64,000 nucleotides of DNA from Lama glama (lineage: Eukaryota): positions 90,770,001 to 90,834,000 of the forward strand of contig CM052816.1 of NCBI GenBank assembly GCA_028534125.1, given 5' to 3'. The position numbers were made by a program, and so were the translations under genes. Positions 1-12,921 of this stretch are shown piece after piece; within the stretch, counting starts at the first letter, position 1; each line of letters opens with the position of its first letter. The notes below the pieces were generated by a model, which made no database searches, had not been told where the DNA came from, and worked only from the letters and a program-made list of their open reading frames with translations.

Positions 1-59
1 AGGCTGATGAATCTGCTGATGCAAAATCCAACACATGGGGAAATGGAGGGCCAACTGTA
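1..59 (+). mobile_element. MER2/Tigger-type DNA transposon terminus
   Basis: GAATCTGCTGATGC...GAGGGCCAACTG followed by TA resembles the MER2 end. Confidence 0.5.
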
Positions 60-2146
60 AGCAGATGAATAAGAATCTGCTGATTGTCAAAAGCAAAAAA
101 TCTCTAACTATCACTGAGGACATAAATACATATATTTATATATATTTGTGTGTGTATATATATATACACACACGATATTTACACCCTTGGATGTAAGAAA
201 TGAAAATCTTTCTGAAATCATAACAAACCATGTGACTGATTCAGGGAATCCATTCCTAACTGTTACTCACCTCAGTTCTTCAGGCTCCTGAGTTAAACAA
301 GTTGGTGGAGAAAGAAACTCTGGAGACCCCCGGGTAGGGACCAGGGCTTTGGCGTCATTGGTAGTCAGGTGTCTACACAGATTTCTCATAAACGCCACAG
401 TTTAACACCCTCCTTTGCAACTTAATGCCTGCTCAGAGTTGATGAGTTGTCACATATTCACACACATACACACCACCCTTGACATTTGAAAAGCCACTAA
501 ATGTAATACGCTTTTCACTCAATATTTTTTTCAAAAGAGAAGTCTATGTCCTAAAACAGAGCATTCCTGACAACTTTGGGCAGGGTGTGTTTGGGGTGTG
601 ATATAATTCTCCTGGAGAGGCAGAGGCAGATCACCGTGGTTTAACTTGAGTTTTATGACTGTTCTGAACAGTGCTGTCCTCTACTCCCTGCTTCTAATCA
701 CAGATACTGGGTGCTGCCCCAGAGAGGCACGTACTGAGCACCCCATGCTGGCTTAAGGCCTCAGGTGGTAGAGAATTAAGAATTTTGATAAAAATACACA
801 GGGCACTGTCGACAGCTCCAGCGCTGGCCCTTTTCAGGCTACTGATGTTCACTGTTATGAAGGGCACTGCCGTCTTAGGGCGGTGGGAAAAGCCAGTGGT
901 AACGTTGTGGTCTTTTTCTTTCCCTTTAGTGTCAAGATTGAACAATTACAGGAGTTGGGACGAGGCTTCTAGACTTCCTCTTTCAGTTCTAGTTTTTAAA
1001 TTCATACAGGTTGAGCAATGGTAAAGATTTTTTCAAGTGTCTCACTGTTGTTCTCGTAAGAAGGGAGGTAACTGAAGCACACCACTGAAGGCCTCTCTCT
1101 CCGCTGTTCTCCGGAGGTATTCCACTACCTTGGTTAACAAGTGAGCATTGTGTTAAAGGATATCGTTTAAATCAAATCGCCCTTCCCCACAGACCATAAC
1201 TACAGTCTCCAAATTAAGCATAACAGGAAGATCAATTCAGTCTGCCTGATCCCTAGGGATGGATTGATCAATTATTTTCACCGTGACTTGTTCCAAATTG
1301 GATCTTCCAGTGTCAAAGAAGAATCTTCTGAGACAGTCATCAATCTATCCTGGTATCTTTACTCACTGCCATGTATAAACCAAATGTGCTCAACCTCTGG
1401 GCCATGGATGGGACTGTATGTCCCAAAATTATACATAAAATTTTGTGTGCGGAATCTTTTTCTAGGAAAAAGGGCCCGTAGCTTCATCAGATTCTAAAAA
1501 GCACTGGTAAACCAAAACAAGTTGGGAATTAGTTTGAGAATATCACTGCTCACACATAGCCAAGAGCAAACATCACTTCTTGGAATTTCCTTTTGGATCT
1601 CATCCCCCAACATTGAACAGGGGTGAAGGCTTTCTGGATAAATGATGGTAGGGCCAGCCCACCATGTGTCTTGCTGGGTTGGAGCCTTTATCAGTTGGAC
1701 AAAAATCTCTCTGTTTACCCAGCCCTTGCTCTAACTAACGGGAAATGAATAGTCCAGAAAAGTCAAGCTCCTTAAGAGCCCTGAGTTGATGAACAGTTTC
1801 AGATATCATAAGCCTCATGTTGTGGAGGGTGGATGCCCTCCTCAAGAAGCCACTTAACAGAAGCCTGCTCCTTCCAAGAGTTAAAAGTTCAAGTCTTAGG
1901 GCTGAACTGAGTTTCGATTTCCATCAGTCCATGACTCAGACACATCATCAACATGGTGGCGCTCCCATCTACTTCCTCCACTATTCTGGACCATCACCAC
2001 ACGCCACCACTTAGCCATGAAACCTGATAGACACCAAAGCCAGTCTTGAAGGTGGGGGGGTGGAGATGTCCCAAAAGGACTGCTGTAGAAACGGTACCTG
2101 AAAGGCAAGACTCAGCGTTGGAGATCAGGAGTTTGAGATGGGTAGT

Positions 2147-2482
2147 TGCTCTGGACTGAATGTTTGGGTTTCCTTGAAACTCTACTCCCCATTGGGATGG
2201 CATTTGGGGAAGGGGCCTTTGGGAATTAATTAGAACTTGAGGGTAGAGCCTTCGTGATGAGATGAATGCTTTCTATAACGAGCAACACAAGAGCTTGCTT
2301 TTCTCTCTGCCCTCCGCCACGTGAGGACACAGCAAGAGGATTGCCATCTGCAAACCAGACCCAATCATACTGGCACCCTGACTTTGGACTTCCCAGACCT
2401 CAGAATTGTGAGAAATAAATTTCTGTGTTTAAGACACCAAATCCATAGTATTCTGTTATGGTAGCTCAAATTGACTAAGACA
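2147..2482 (+). mobile_element. MaLR LTR (MLT1A/B-like)
   Basis: TG..GGACTGAATG start, AGAAATAAATTTCTG, ends GACTAAGACA. Confidence 0.75.
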
Positions 2483-2679
2483 GTGCTTTAGAGAAGCACA
2501 GAAGTCTATTTTAGCACCAGCTACTGGAGTCCCAGACTCAGGACAGATGGACCGCACGTGTGGCTGGACTGAGTCCAGGAATGGAGCCTGAGAAAAGAGC
2601 GCTAATGTGGCTTGAGATTAAAGATTCCCACCACCTCCTACTCCTTCTTGCCTCTCTCTTTCTCCCTTCTAAACGTGAT

Positions 2680-3320
2680 AAGTACCAGGTGGACTTAAAC
2701 CTTTGTTCCAATTCTTCCAGTTACTGTCATTTAATTCCTCTGGGTCTCTTATTTCTTCAACTGAGAGTAATAATATTTATCTCCCAGAAGCACAATAAAG
2801 GATGAAGTGTGACAACATTCACAATGCTCTGAGCACACACCTTGGCACTTAGTAAGGACTCACAGAGGCGAGCTATTAAAATTCACTTCCAACCAATTCC
2901 AGGAAAATTAGGAACCACGCTGTTCCTTCCAGCTGGACAGTTCCACCCATCCCTCTTCCTACTGGTCCTTTTCCTATCTAATTTCAACTCACTTTTCAGA
3001 CCTCAGTTTACATGTAACTTCCTGGGAAGGCTCTTCCAGACGCTCTAGCCTACATAAGGTTGCTTATGGCACTAAGCTATGGCACTGTAATATCTTGTCG
3101 TGTTCCTTCTAGAGAAGTATAAGCAAAATTATTTGTTGACTGTTGTAAACAAATTTGTTTACTCTCCCTTTCCCCTCCTCTACTATAAGCTTCATGAGGG
3201 AAGAGATGAAATCTTCTGAATGGTCTCCCCAGCCGTGAGCAGGGTGTCTGGCATTTGTATTTGCTTAATAATTACTGGTTGCAAATGTGAGTGAATGAAT
3301 CCATGAATAAATGAACCAAT
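2680..3320 (+). mobile_element. MIR followed by L2 3' fragment
   Basis: MIR-like core (GGCACTTAGTAAG), then an L2-like tail ending in TGAATGAAT repeats. Confidence 0.55.
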
Positions 3321-4233
3321 TCTTAGGACTTGGCAGTTGTGAAAGCTTTAGTCTACATATTCCAATTTACTCCTTCCTCCTAATGGTGTTCAAGGAATAA
3401 CATTATTTTTCCTTCTGAAGCTGAAATAGTTTATGCTGAACACATACAAAAATAAAATCATCACATTCAACAGGAGTATTATGTTTCTCCTAGGTCAGTC
3501 CAGTGTGTTTTATTTTCTTCTTCCTTAAAAAAAGATTTTGTGGATGGCTATAAATAGCCACAGGTGACTGACAGGAGACCTTCATGACCTCAGCACATGC
3601 TGTGCATCTGGGAGGCCCCGGGGCTTGGATGCACTGTGGAGCACACCTGCAGGATGTTACGACCCCCAGGCTTCCTTCAGGGTGATTTTTCCCTCCACTG
3701 TCTCTGAGCTTGTCTCATCTCAATATGACCAAATGATCACCTTAGCTTGTGATGGGAGATTTTTCACTGGGTCCAACTCCCAGGGCTATAACCAGATGAA
3801 GGACATGTGAATGACTCAAAGCAAACTGAAGCTCCGTGGGTACCACCAGCACATGTCCTGACAAAACAAAGAGCGGACCTCTGCCCCTTCCTCTATATTT
3901 ACCTGTTTCTCTACCCTTTGAAGAATGTACTTATTTTTTCTACACAGAAATGTAGAAATAATATGCTAAATGAACAATCCAGCTCCTTACCCTTCCAAAA
4001 ATCATCTCCATTCATAATTGATCTGTCACCGAGTCCAAAATCATTCTGCTCGCCACATGACAGGCCGGTAAATCAGGAGACAAGGTGTTGGGGCAAGGAA
4101 TAACGACTTTATTTGAAAAGCTGGTGGGCCAAGAGATGGCAGACTAGTGTCCTGGAGAACCATCTTCCCCTAGTCAGAATTCAGGCTCCTTTAATACTAA
4201 AGAGGGGAGGGGTTGTGGTTGTTGCAAATTTCT

Positions 4234-5013
4234 TTTTTTTTTTAACATTTTTTATTGATTTATAATCATTTTACAATGTTGTGTCAAATTCCAGTGTTCA
4301 GCACAATTTTTCAGTCATTCATGGACATATACACACTCATTGTCACATTTTTTTCTCTGTGAGTTATCATAANNNNNNNNNNNNNNNNNNNNNNNNNNNN
4401 NNNNNNNNNNNNNNNNNNNNNNNNNNNNNNNNNNNNNNNNNNNNNNNNNNNNNNNNNNNNNNNNNNNNNNNNNNNNNNNNNNNNNNNNNNNNNNNNNNNN
4501 NNNNNNNNNNNNNNNNNNNNNNNNNNNNNNNNNNNNNNNNNNNNNNNNNNNNNNNNNNNNNNNNNNNNNNNNNNNNNNNNNNNNNNNNNNNNNNNNNNNN
4601 NNNNNNNNNNNNNNNNNNNNNNNNNNNNNNNNNNNNNNNNNNNNNNNNNNNNNNNNNNNNNNNNNNNNNNNNNNNNNNNNNNNNNNNNNNNNNNNNNNNN
4701 NNNNNNNNNNNNNNNNNNNNNNNNNNNNNNNNNNNNNNNNNNNNNNNNNNNNNNNNNNNNNNNNNNNNNNNNNNNNNNNNNNNNNNNNNNNNNNNNNNNN
4801 NNNNNNNNNNNNNNNNNNNNNNNNNNNNNNNNNNNNNNNNNNNNNNNNNNNNNNNNNNNNNNNNNNNNNNNNTGAGTCGTATGAGCTGCTTATATATTCT
4901 GGAGATCAAGCCTTTGTCGGTTTCACCTGCAAAAATTTTCTCCCATTCCGTAGGTTTTCTTCTTGTTTTACTTCTGGTTTCCTTTGCTGTGCAGAAGCTT
5001 GTAAGTTTCATTA
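4234..5013 (-). mobile_element. 5'-truncated lineage-specific L1 (ORF2 C-terminal fragment + 3'UTR)
   Basis: PolyT, L1 3'UTR and the ORF2 peptide [27 protein letters not shown]; ~17-bp TSD GGTTGTTGCAA(A/C)TTTCT (4217-4233 / 5014-5030). Confidence 0.9.
4373..4872. other. Assembly gap (500 N)
   Basis: Run of N inside an L1 copy. Confidence 1.
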
Positions 5014-6300
5014 GGTTGTTGCAACTTTCTTGGTGTCAGAATCCTTTGTTCTTGCAGCTGTCCACCTGGGTCAGGTCACAGTGTCTCTGTTAAACTCCAA
5101 CAAATGTTATTTTCTATTCTGCAACTTATCTTTATATGAATGTAAAAGTGTTAATACCCTTAAAGGTCAGAGCCTTGAGAATGGGCTCTTCTGTATATTT
5201 CAGGCTATAGGCAACATTCTTTTACAGAAGGGGCAGAGCCAGTAAGGCAAAGCACTAGGAAACAGAGCACAGGGTTGAAGCCAAAGGAACAGATCTAATG
5301 TGAAGTCAGAATTGTTCTTCTCTATTACAGATCCACAGACTCCTCAAGAAACGGCCCTCCTCTTTCCTACACAGAGAAGTAATTTTGAAATTTTGCCAAG
5401 TAGTAGTTGATTAATTCAGTCCATATAGGTACAATGGATAACGTAGTTATAAAGAAATCCAGCTGGAGCTAGAAATCATTCAGGTTCACTGTCAACATTA
5501 ATAAAAATAACTAAAAATAGACCAGCATCTTAGCAGCAAACTAGATGTGTAACTTAAACAAGGTTTACAATCCATTAAGTCTCAGTTTACCTTTCCACAA
5601 AATGAGGACAAAAATATAATGAACATAAAACAACTTGGTTCAATCAGTAATTGATACAGGTTGGCCATTATTATAATCCCATCATCCTAATCATCACTAA
5701 ACGCCTACAGCTCTAAGGACACAGCCTGAATGAGGAATTTGGCTATTATTCATTCTGCGATATAGAATGAACTTGCAGCTGCCTTATGTTTTCAACTAAA
5801 TAAACCACTGTCCATTATTAAATTCCAAAAGCTCAAGCTGATCACAGGCCAGAGTGAGGAAATATTTTAATTTAGCTGGTTGTGCAATATTTAGCAAAAA
5901 GGCATAGATACTTGTGGGATGGGATGGGTGTAGGATTCCAAGAACAGCTCAAAAAATCAACACTTACGATATGAAAATAGCCCCCCAGATTGTCAGTGCT
6001 TTGTTCCAGCATAATTTTAGTTCTACAAATTTAGTTCTACAAATATTACCAGATGGTATAGGTTGACACTAAGCCCCCAAAGATCACATTTTACGAAACA
6101 TTTTTGAATTCTCAGTGAAAGTCGTAGCCACTTGAGGCATCTCATCGACCTACACGGTTTTGGTTGACAGCAGCTAACAGGCATTTATAGACTTCCTGTC
6201 CAAATGGCACTGAGTACATCCAGGTTGGAGACAGCTGTCTCACGTTCTAAGTTCTATCAAGAGAAGAAAACAAAGATTCCACTTTGAACCATGTGACCTG

Positions 6301-6927
6301 TGTGACGGCCAATTTTATGTGTCAATTTGACTGGGCAATGGGGTGCTCATATGGTTGGTCAAACGTTGTTTTGAGTATTTCTGTGAGGGTGTTTTTGGAA
6401 AGAGTTTAACATTTAAGTCAGCAAACTCACTAAAACCTCCTTAATGTGAGTGGGCCTCATCCCATCCACTGAAGGCCTGAGTACAATGAAATGTTCCCTG
6501 AATAAGGGAATTGCTCTTGCCTCACAGTCTTTGAGCTGGGACATCAGTTTTCTCCTGCTTTTGGATTAGAACTGAAACATTGGCTCTTGAGATCGCCAGC
6601 ACTTGGACTGGACCTACAACATCAGCTCTCCTGGTTTTCAGGTCTTCGGACTCAAACTAGGACTACATCATTGGCTCTCTGGGGTCAGTCTTCTGCTTAC
6701 CTACTGAAGGCATTGGGACTTGTAAGCCTCCATAATTGCATGAGCTGATTTCTTATAAGATACATAAGGTATTTAGGATATAACATACATAAGACACCTT
6801 GTAAGATTGGTATCTTTTCTCTCTATATATGTAGACAGATAGTAGATAGATAAATATATAGTTATAGATACAGATACAGATATACATCCTATGTGTTCTG
6901 TCTCTCTGGAGAACCATGCCTAATACA
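6301..6927 (+). mobile_element. ERVL LTR (MLT2-type)
   Basis: TGTGACGGCCAATTTTATGTGTCAA start; CTGGAGAACC..CTAATACA end. Confidence 0.85.
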
Positions 6928-7931
6928 ACTTCATGCCCTGCTCATCCTATAACCAGACAACTGCTCAAACATGACATGTCAGTTCACAGGTTGGTCCATG
7001 CTCCATGTCTCTCTTTCTGCCTGGGGTGCCCTTCCCCATCTTCCTGGTCTGACAAACTCATACTCCACCTCCAAGACCCAGATCAAGTTTAAACTCCTCC
7101 TGGATGCCTTCCACAAGTCTCTCTACCAAAATTAGTTGCTCCATTCTTACTTCTGTCAAACACTGTGTAAATTCCTCTGCTATAAAACTTATGATAGTTA
7201 CATGTATGCCTATCCTAAAACTCTGGGCCAGTAGTGTGCTAAAAAATATTTATCACAGAGTTTACCATTCAGCACCCACTCTGTATTCCCATAAGCTAGC
7301 ATGGAGCTGGAAAATGGTAGATGCTCAAAACTTCTCAAATGCTCTCATTTTTCACTAAACTGGTCCCATTCAGGTTCAGCTTTTGGCAGGTTCATGGAGT
7401 AGAGAATAGGATTGTCTTTAGAAAATACTTTTCTGTGCTCCTTCTTTTTCCTGATGCTTTTACTCTTCCCAAGGTCCTTCCTGGCAGTGAAACTGATTCA
7501 ATAAACTAATTCAAAGAAGACATTAATGAAAAAGCTAGGTGCTAACAGTTAAAAATATACACTAGTTTCAAAGATAATGCCTGTAGAAGGCAATGCTCAG
7601 TCTGAAATCACATGAACTCAACAGTGGAATTTTATGCAGTTTATTTATATCATTGAGGTAGAAATATGGCGCCTAAGGCATTTTTACCAGAGTACCTCAA
7701 GTCATATAAACCAGCCATCTCTATGTTGTAATGATAGTCCAGTGCCTCCACTTTTCAAGTCTGGAACCAGAGTCAGCTCTGAAAGCCCATATAGTAGAGT
7801 AGAATTTTCCTGGTGGACCTCCCCTTAATCAGCTCACTGGGTTAACCAACACTCTCAAACCCACATGTGAAGCAGTGACTAGGACCCACAAAATGCTGAA
7901 AGCTCGGGACTAGCCGGCTCCCCTCGGGCAC

Positions 7932-8430
7932 TGTTACTGAGTCCAGACTCATTCTGCTCGCTGCACAACAGCCCAGTAAATCAGGAGACGAGGTGTTGGG
8001 GCAAGGAATAGCAACTTTATTTGAAAAGCCAACAGACAGAGTGGATGGGGACTAATGTCCTAGGGAACCATCTTTCCCAAGTCAGAATACTAAAAGGAGA
8101 GAGGGTGTGGTTGGTCGTTGCAAGCTTCTTGGTGTCAGAATCCTTTGTCTTCACAGCTGTTCACATAGGTCAGGTCATGATGTCCCTGTAAACCCCAACA
8201 AGACAAATGTTACTTTCTATTCTGCAACATTTTTATCTTTATACGAACAGGAAAGTGTTATACCCTGAAAGGTCAGAGCCTTGAGAATGGACTATCCTAT
8301 ATATTTTAGGCTATAGGTAATATTCTTTTATATAAGGTGCCGAACCAGCATGACTAAGCACTGGAGAGCACAGGGTTAAAGCCAAAGGAACAGAGGTAAT
8401 ATGGAGTCGGATTTGTTCTTCCCCACTACA
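7932..8430 (-). mobile_element. ERV1-like solo LTR (copy 2)
   Basis: TG...CA ends, TSD GCAC/GTAC, colinear with copy 1 without the L1. Confidence 0.85.
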
Positions 8431-10129
8431 GTACAGCCACAACTTTCAGATGCAACCAGCTAGCTGTGTGTATCAACATTAACTATGTTTGTTCCCAAGT
8501 CTTTTTTATCAGAATTGAATTTGTTAACAAAGATTTTAATCGAATCAGATAACTATTATGAAAACCAACAAAATGTGAATGTGAAAAGATTACTTTCTCT
8601 ATGAAAACACAGTTGAATACTGTGCAAAGATAAAATAAAAGTGAGAAAATAACAATTGTTGTCAAAGCAAATATGGGTAAAATAAGCATAAATGACTGAC
8701 AGTGGGTAGGGGAAGGGCACCCTCCAAATCTAGGATTATGTGCTTTGATTGTCTCACAGACGTCCTTAAATTCTCCCTCCACTATCTGGAAACTGAAGTT
8801 AGAACTCATAGATAGTGTATCAGGGAATATTATTTACCCAAGAAAGATGACACTGTACTCAATCAGTAGACCCAAACTCAAAAACAAACAACTCCTCAGC
8901 CCTCCATCAAAAGACTGGCAAGATTGTAGCTGGTTATGTTTTAAATCAAAGAAATTGCATCACTTTTTAAAGTGATTCCTTGCCTTAATCTGCTTCTCCA
9001 ATTAAATGAACAGCCTTTGCTCTCATGTGGCTGTCTCAATCACACTGGAAGAGAGGTCCTATAAACCCCTTAAAGTTATCATTAACCCAATATTTATGAG
9101 AACTATTCCCCCAGCAACTGGCTCTACTCTTGGCCCATTTCCTTTTCACTTTTGTTTCTCAAATTCCTAGCCTCCATAAGTTAGGATGAGGAGGGAACTT
9201 TTTGATCACTCTATTCCTTTTAGGTGTTACCATGTACCCCAGACAAATAAGGATGCTTTTGGAATCAGAGACCAAGGAAGGGGAAGTAATAGCACCAAAT
9301 GGCTGAGAAAGACAGGCTGGCTTGGCAGGAGGTAAGGAGGAAGGTGAACGAAGACATGACTTCATTGGCTGTGATTGGAAGTTGAGAAAGAAAATAGTTT
9401 TATATTTTTAAGCTTCAATTACATTTACTCAATTTGGCTCCCAGTCTTGAAGGATCAGATCTAATTGGATCCAAAATTGACACTACAGGCTCCCTGCAAG
9501 CTCTTCAAATTCTTCCTTTTACTCCCATTCAGCCTAATTGATAAATTACCATACTTTTGATGTAGCACAAATGTTCAAAAATACCACAGCCCTGTCAATG
9601 CCTTTAAGCATAAGAAAAGTTCATCAGAAGGACCTTTAAAAATGGAACTAAAGGTAGAATAGTCTTGTCTGGGAAAGGGTGAAGTTAGCATCCTTGCAAA
9701 GCCTGTTCTCTTGGCTGGAGTGGAAACAAGTAAACCAGCATCAGCTCTCCAGAGTTCGCCCTCATCCTGAGCCATCCATCATCTGAATCACGTCTTCTTA
9801 CCGTTTTGGCAATGCTCCCAGGAGTCAGCTAGCATGCACTATTGGCCTCATTTGTCCAAACTGAAGTTTTATAATTTTTCCAGCATTCAATACCAAGGTC
9901 CCAAAGTTGGAGCCCAGCTGATCAATAGGGACCAGGACACCAAGCAAGAGACCTGCTTCAGATCAACAACTAACTAGCGGACCCCAGCCCAGGACCACTC
10001 TGGAAGTCTTCTCCTTCTTGATGTGTCTTTTCTTGATGACATATTTATTTTTTAGAAAGTTTCCCCTGAAAGTAATTATCCTTCATTTATCTTCCTCACT
10101 GATTATCGTCTTAGATGATATTTAGTACT

Positions 10130-10640
10130 GAAGTCGTTTTTTTTTCATTGCTGAGTAGTATCCACTGCTTGTTTATCCTCCTGCGGATGAACGCCTAGAC
10201 TCTCTCAAGTTTTCGGTTATTATGAATAGATATTCTGTGAATATACTTCTATAAATTTTTATATATATATATTTTCATCACAGCTTGTTTATCCTCCTGC
10301 GGAGGATACATCACAGCTTGTTTATCCTCCTGCGGATGAACGCCTAGACTCTCTCAAGTTTTCGGTTATTATGAATAGATATTCTGTGAATATACTTCTA
10401 TAAATTTTTATATACATATATTTTCATTTCTCCTGGGTTAATATCTAGGCTTGGAATTTCTGTTTCTAAGGTAGATGTAGGCTTGGTGTACAAGAAACTG
10501 TCAGATCTTTTCCCAAAGTGCTTGTACCATTTTACATTCCTTCAATAATGTATGTGAGTGCCGGTTGCTCCATATTCTTACCCCAACCTCTAGTATTGCC
10601 CATATTTTAAATTTTAGTCCCTGTGGTGGATGTGTAGTGG
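10130..10640 (-). mobile_element. Old L1M fragment containing an internal duplication
   Basis: GCTGAGTAGTA..., TGTACCATTTTACATTCC and CCATTTTA-like L1 3' motifs. Confidence 0.7.
10167..10427 (+). repeat. Near-perfect 112-bp direct duplication with complex junction
   Basis: 10167-10278 equals 10316-10427 with 1 mismatch; the spacer contains a third partial copy. Confidence 0.95.
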
Positions 10641-12344
10641 GACAGGTGACTTTTAGAAGTAACCAATCTGTACTTTTTGGGTGGATCTTATTAAGTACCC
10701 CATCTCAGTTGCAGGTTTCTGTAAATTTATCACGGGAAGCACTGAAAATGGGGAAGAATGGTCCCATTAGAAGATAAACTTCCTGAAGACAGAGATTTAC
10801 AGGTGGAGCGCATAGTAGGAGCTTAATAATATTTGTTGAATGATATGAATGCATAAGTGAATGATTGTGCATACCCATATTTCCTGAAATAAGGACACAG
10901 GGAAACTGTGTCTGTGAGCACATCTATGTAATCCTCTTCCAGGCTCTTCCCTGTCATGTTGCCAGCTGCCTTCCTTCACCCTCTGGGGTGTGTTTGTTAC
11001 ATCCAAAGGGTGTAGTCTAGTGTGAAGACCATTCTCTTCCTTTTCTTTTTGTTGCCAGTGTCTGAACTGAAGTATCCAGGGGCCCCTTCATCTCCCTAGG
11101 TCTCATCATCTTCACACATAAAACAGAGGGGTACGTTATCCTTGATTTCCCTCCCTCGTACTGAAGTGTAGTCATTCATATTCCTTCCTCACTCCACTTG
11201 AAGTCAAGATTCTCATGACAGGATGCTGTTTCTTTTCACTCTTTCCTTTGAGGATCTATGCATTAGGGATTGGGGCTCAGGGTTTGCTAAGAGGTTTGTG
11301 CACACTGAGAAATTTATGTTAGAAAATAAATAACATGGGGGACATTTCTAGCTACGAAATAATCGTAACTCCTCACGTTTTCTTTTAGCTAAGCCCTTTC
11401 CTTCTTTGTCATATTTCACAGTGGAATGAGGGATGCTATTTTCTCAATATAAAAGAAAATAACTTCTGGCCTTATACTGAAAGGAATAAACATTGTCATT
11501 TCTGGTAAGAGTTAATGGAACAGTAATAAACTTGACATTTATTTTAAATGTTCCCAAAGCTCCACTTACATCCCACAATTTGCTGCCTAAATCTAACTAG
11601 GACAAAGTTTACAAATCCAACGACCTCATAAGCAACATTCAATTTCGAAGTCATCAAAAACCATCACAAGGGTTAAGTAAAAAATGCTTTAGGCCTGCAA
11701 GTTCAAAGGGTAAGATGAAGCAATAGAAGGGTCAGGTGATGTTTAAAAACTGTGAGCAAAATGTAAGTATGTCAATAACTGCCATGTGCAAATTGTCTCT
11801 GGAATATGAAAAAATGCTGCTTTTGGAAGCATCTTATTCGCAAAGATGGCAACCTGTGTTTCCGGCAGTTGGCAACAGGATTACTGGAGCTTTGTTTTCG
11901 AGTGAGAACCCTCCTGTTTGAATGAGCAGAGCAGAGCCCAAGGGGTAATGCTTACCTTTAAAATCAGAGAATGTGGATGGTATGACACCAATGCTGCAAA
12001 ATGTATTAAAATTTGCCTTTGGACCTAGAAAATGAACACTGCTTGTAACTCTTCCCTGAGTGATTAGGGATGGGTGGTTTCTAGCTCTTTCTGTACCCAT
12101 AGGGTCTATTCCTCTCCCTTAAATCAAGCTTGTTAATTGGGTTCTCAATTCTTTATATCTTTACTAATTATTTTTGTTGCTTGATCAATCTACAATTGTT
12201 GAAAGTTTTAATTATTTTATTTAATTTTACTTAATTATACTTTACTTAATTTTACTTAATTATAATTCATTAAGTATTAATGTAATTTAATAATTATTGA
12301 AAGTTTTTTTTGACAAATTGACATACATACCCATACTTTGGAAA

Positions 12345-12765
12345 GATGGCTAATTATCTGCCCAAACCGGGGCTCCCCCTCATTGTGTAAGTTTGTCACT
12401 GGGCAGTAGTTGGCCACCAGGGGCTAGATTCCCCACCTCCCTTGAATCTAGGTGAAGCTGTACAACCAGTGCTCACCAATGGAGTGTGGGCAGAAATAAT
12501 ACATGTCTCTTCCTGCTCAAGTTGGTAAGAAGCAGTGCACCGTCTCCTCCTGCTCCTTTCCAGTCTGCAAGCCTGATGGAACTAAACAGACAGACCTTGG
12601 AAGCCACATGATAAATAAAGCAGAGTCACAAGATGTAAGGAGTCTAGAACTCTGAATTATCTTTGGAGGACAGCCATCCACCAATCAGGAAATAAACACG
12701 TCATGATTGCTACTGCATATCTTTGGGTTTGTTTGTTATGGAAGCTATCATTATCCTTTCTAAAA
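12345..12765 (+). mobile_element. MaLR LTR (MLT1J-like)
   Basis: GACCTTGGAAGCCACATG, TTTGTTTGTTATGGAAGC-type motifs. Confidence 0.6.
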
Positions 12766-12872
12766 CATGACTCCTGTTTTCAGCCAAAATGCATTACTGT
12801 CCCTAATGGTATAAGCTTTTGTTTCAGAATAACAACAACAACAAAGCCATTTATTAACTACAAAAGTAATAC

Positions 12873-12874
<2 letters not shown>

Positions 12875-12918
<44 letters not shown>
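12875..12918. repeat. (TA)n microsatellite
   Basis: Directly visible. Confidence 0.95.

Positions 12919-12921
<3 letters not shown>

Larger units (their letters stand above)
4024..5329 (-). mobile_element. ERV1-like solo LTR (copy 1), interrupted by L1
   Basis: TG...CA ends, 4-bp TSD GATC (4020-4023 / 5330-5333), AATAAA on the minus strand; aligns with 7932-8430 and 15186-15674. Confidence 0.85.

Noticed and set aside
4281..5093. 270-aa and 214-aa ORFs
   Set aside because: Artefacts of translating through the N gap; only the L1 ORF2 fragment is real.
6015..6045. Short tandem duplications (ATTTAGTTCTACAA x2; also TGTAAATTCTTGGAAG x2 at ~26147-26182)
   Set aside because: Ordinary slippage duplications; two copies only, with no CRISPR-like repeat-spacer structure.
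4024..8430. LTR copies 1 and 2 as the two ends of one provirus
   Set aside because: Each has its own TSD, and the interval holds older MIR/MLT2/L2-like sequence with no gag/pol/env similarity seen.
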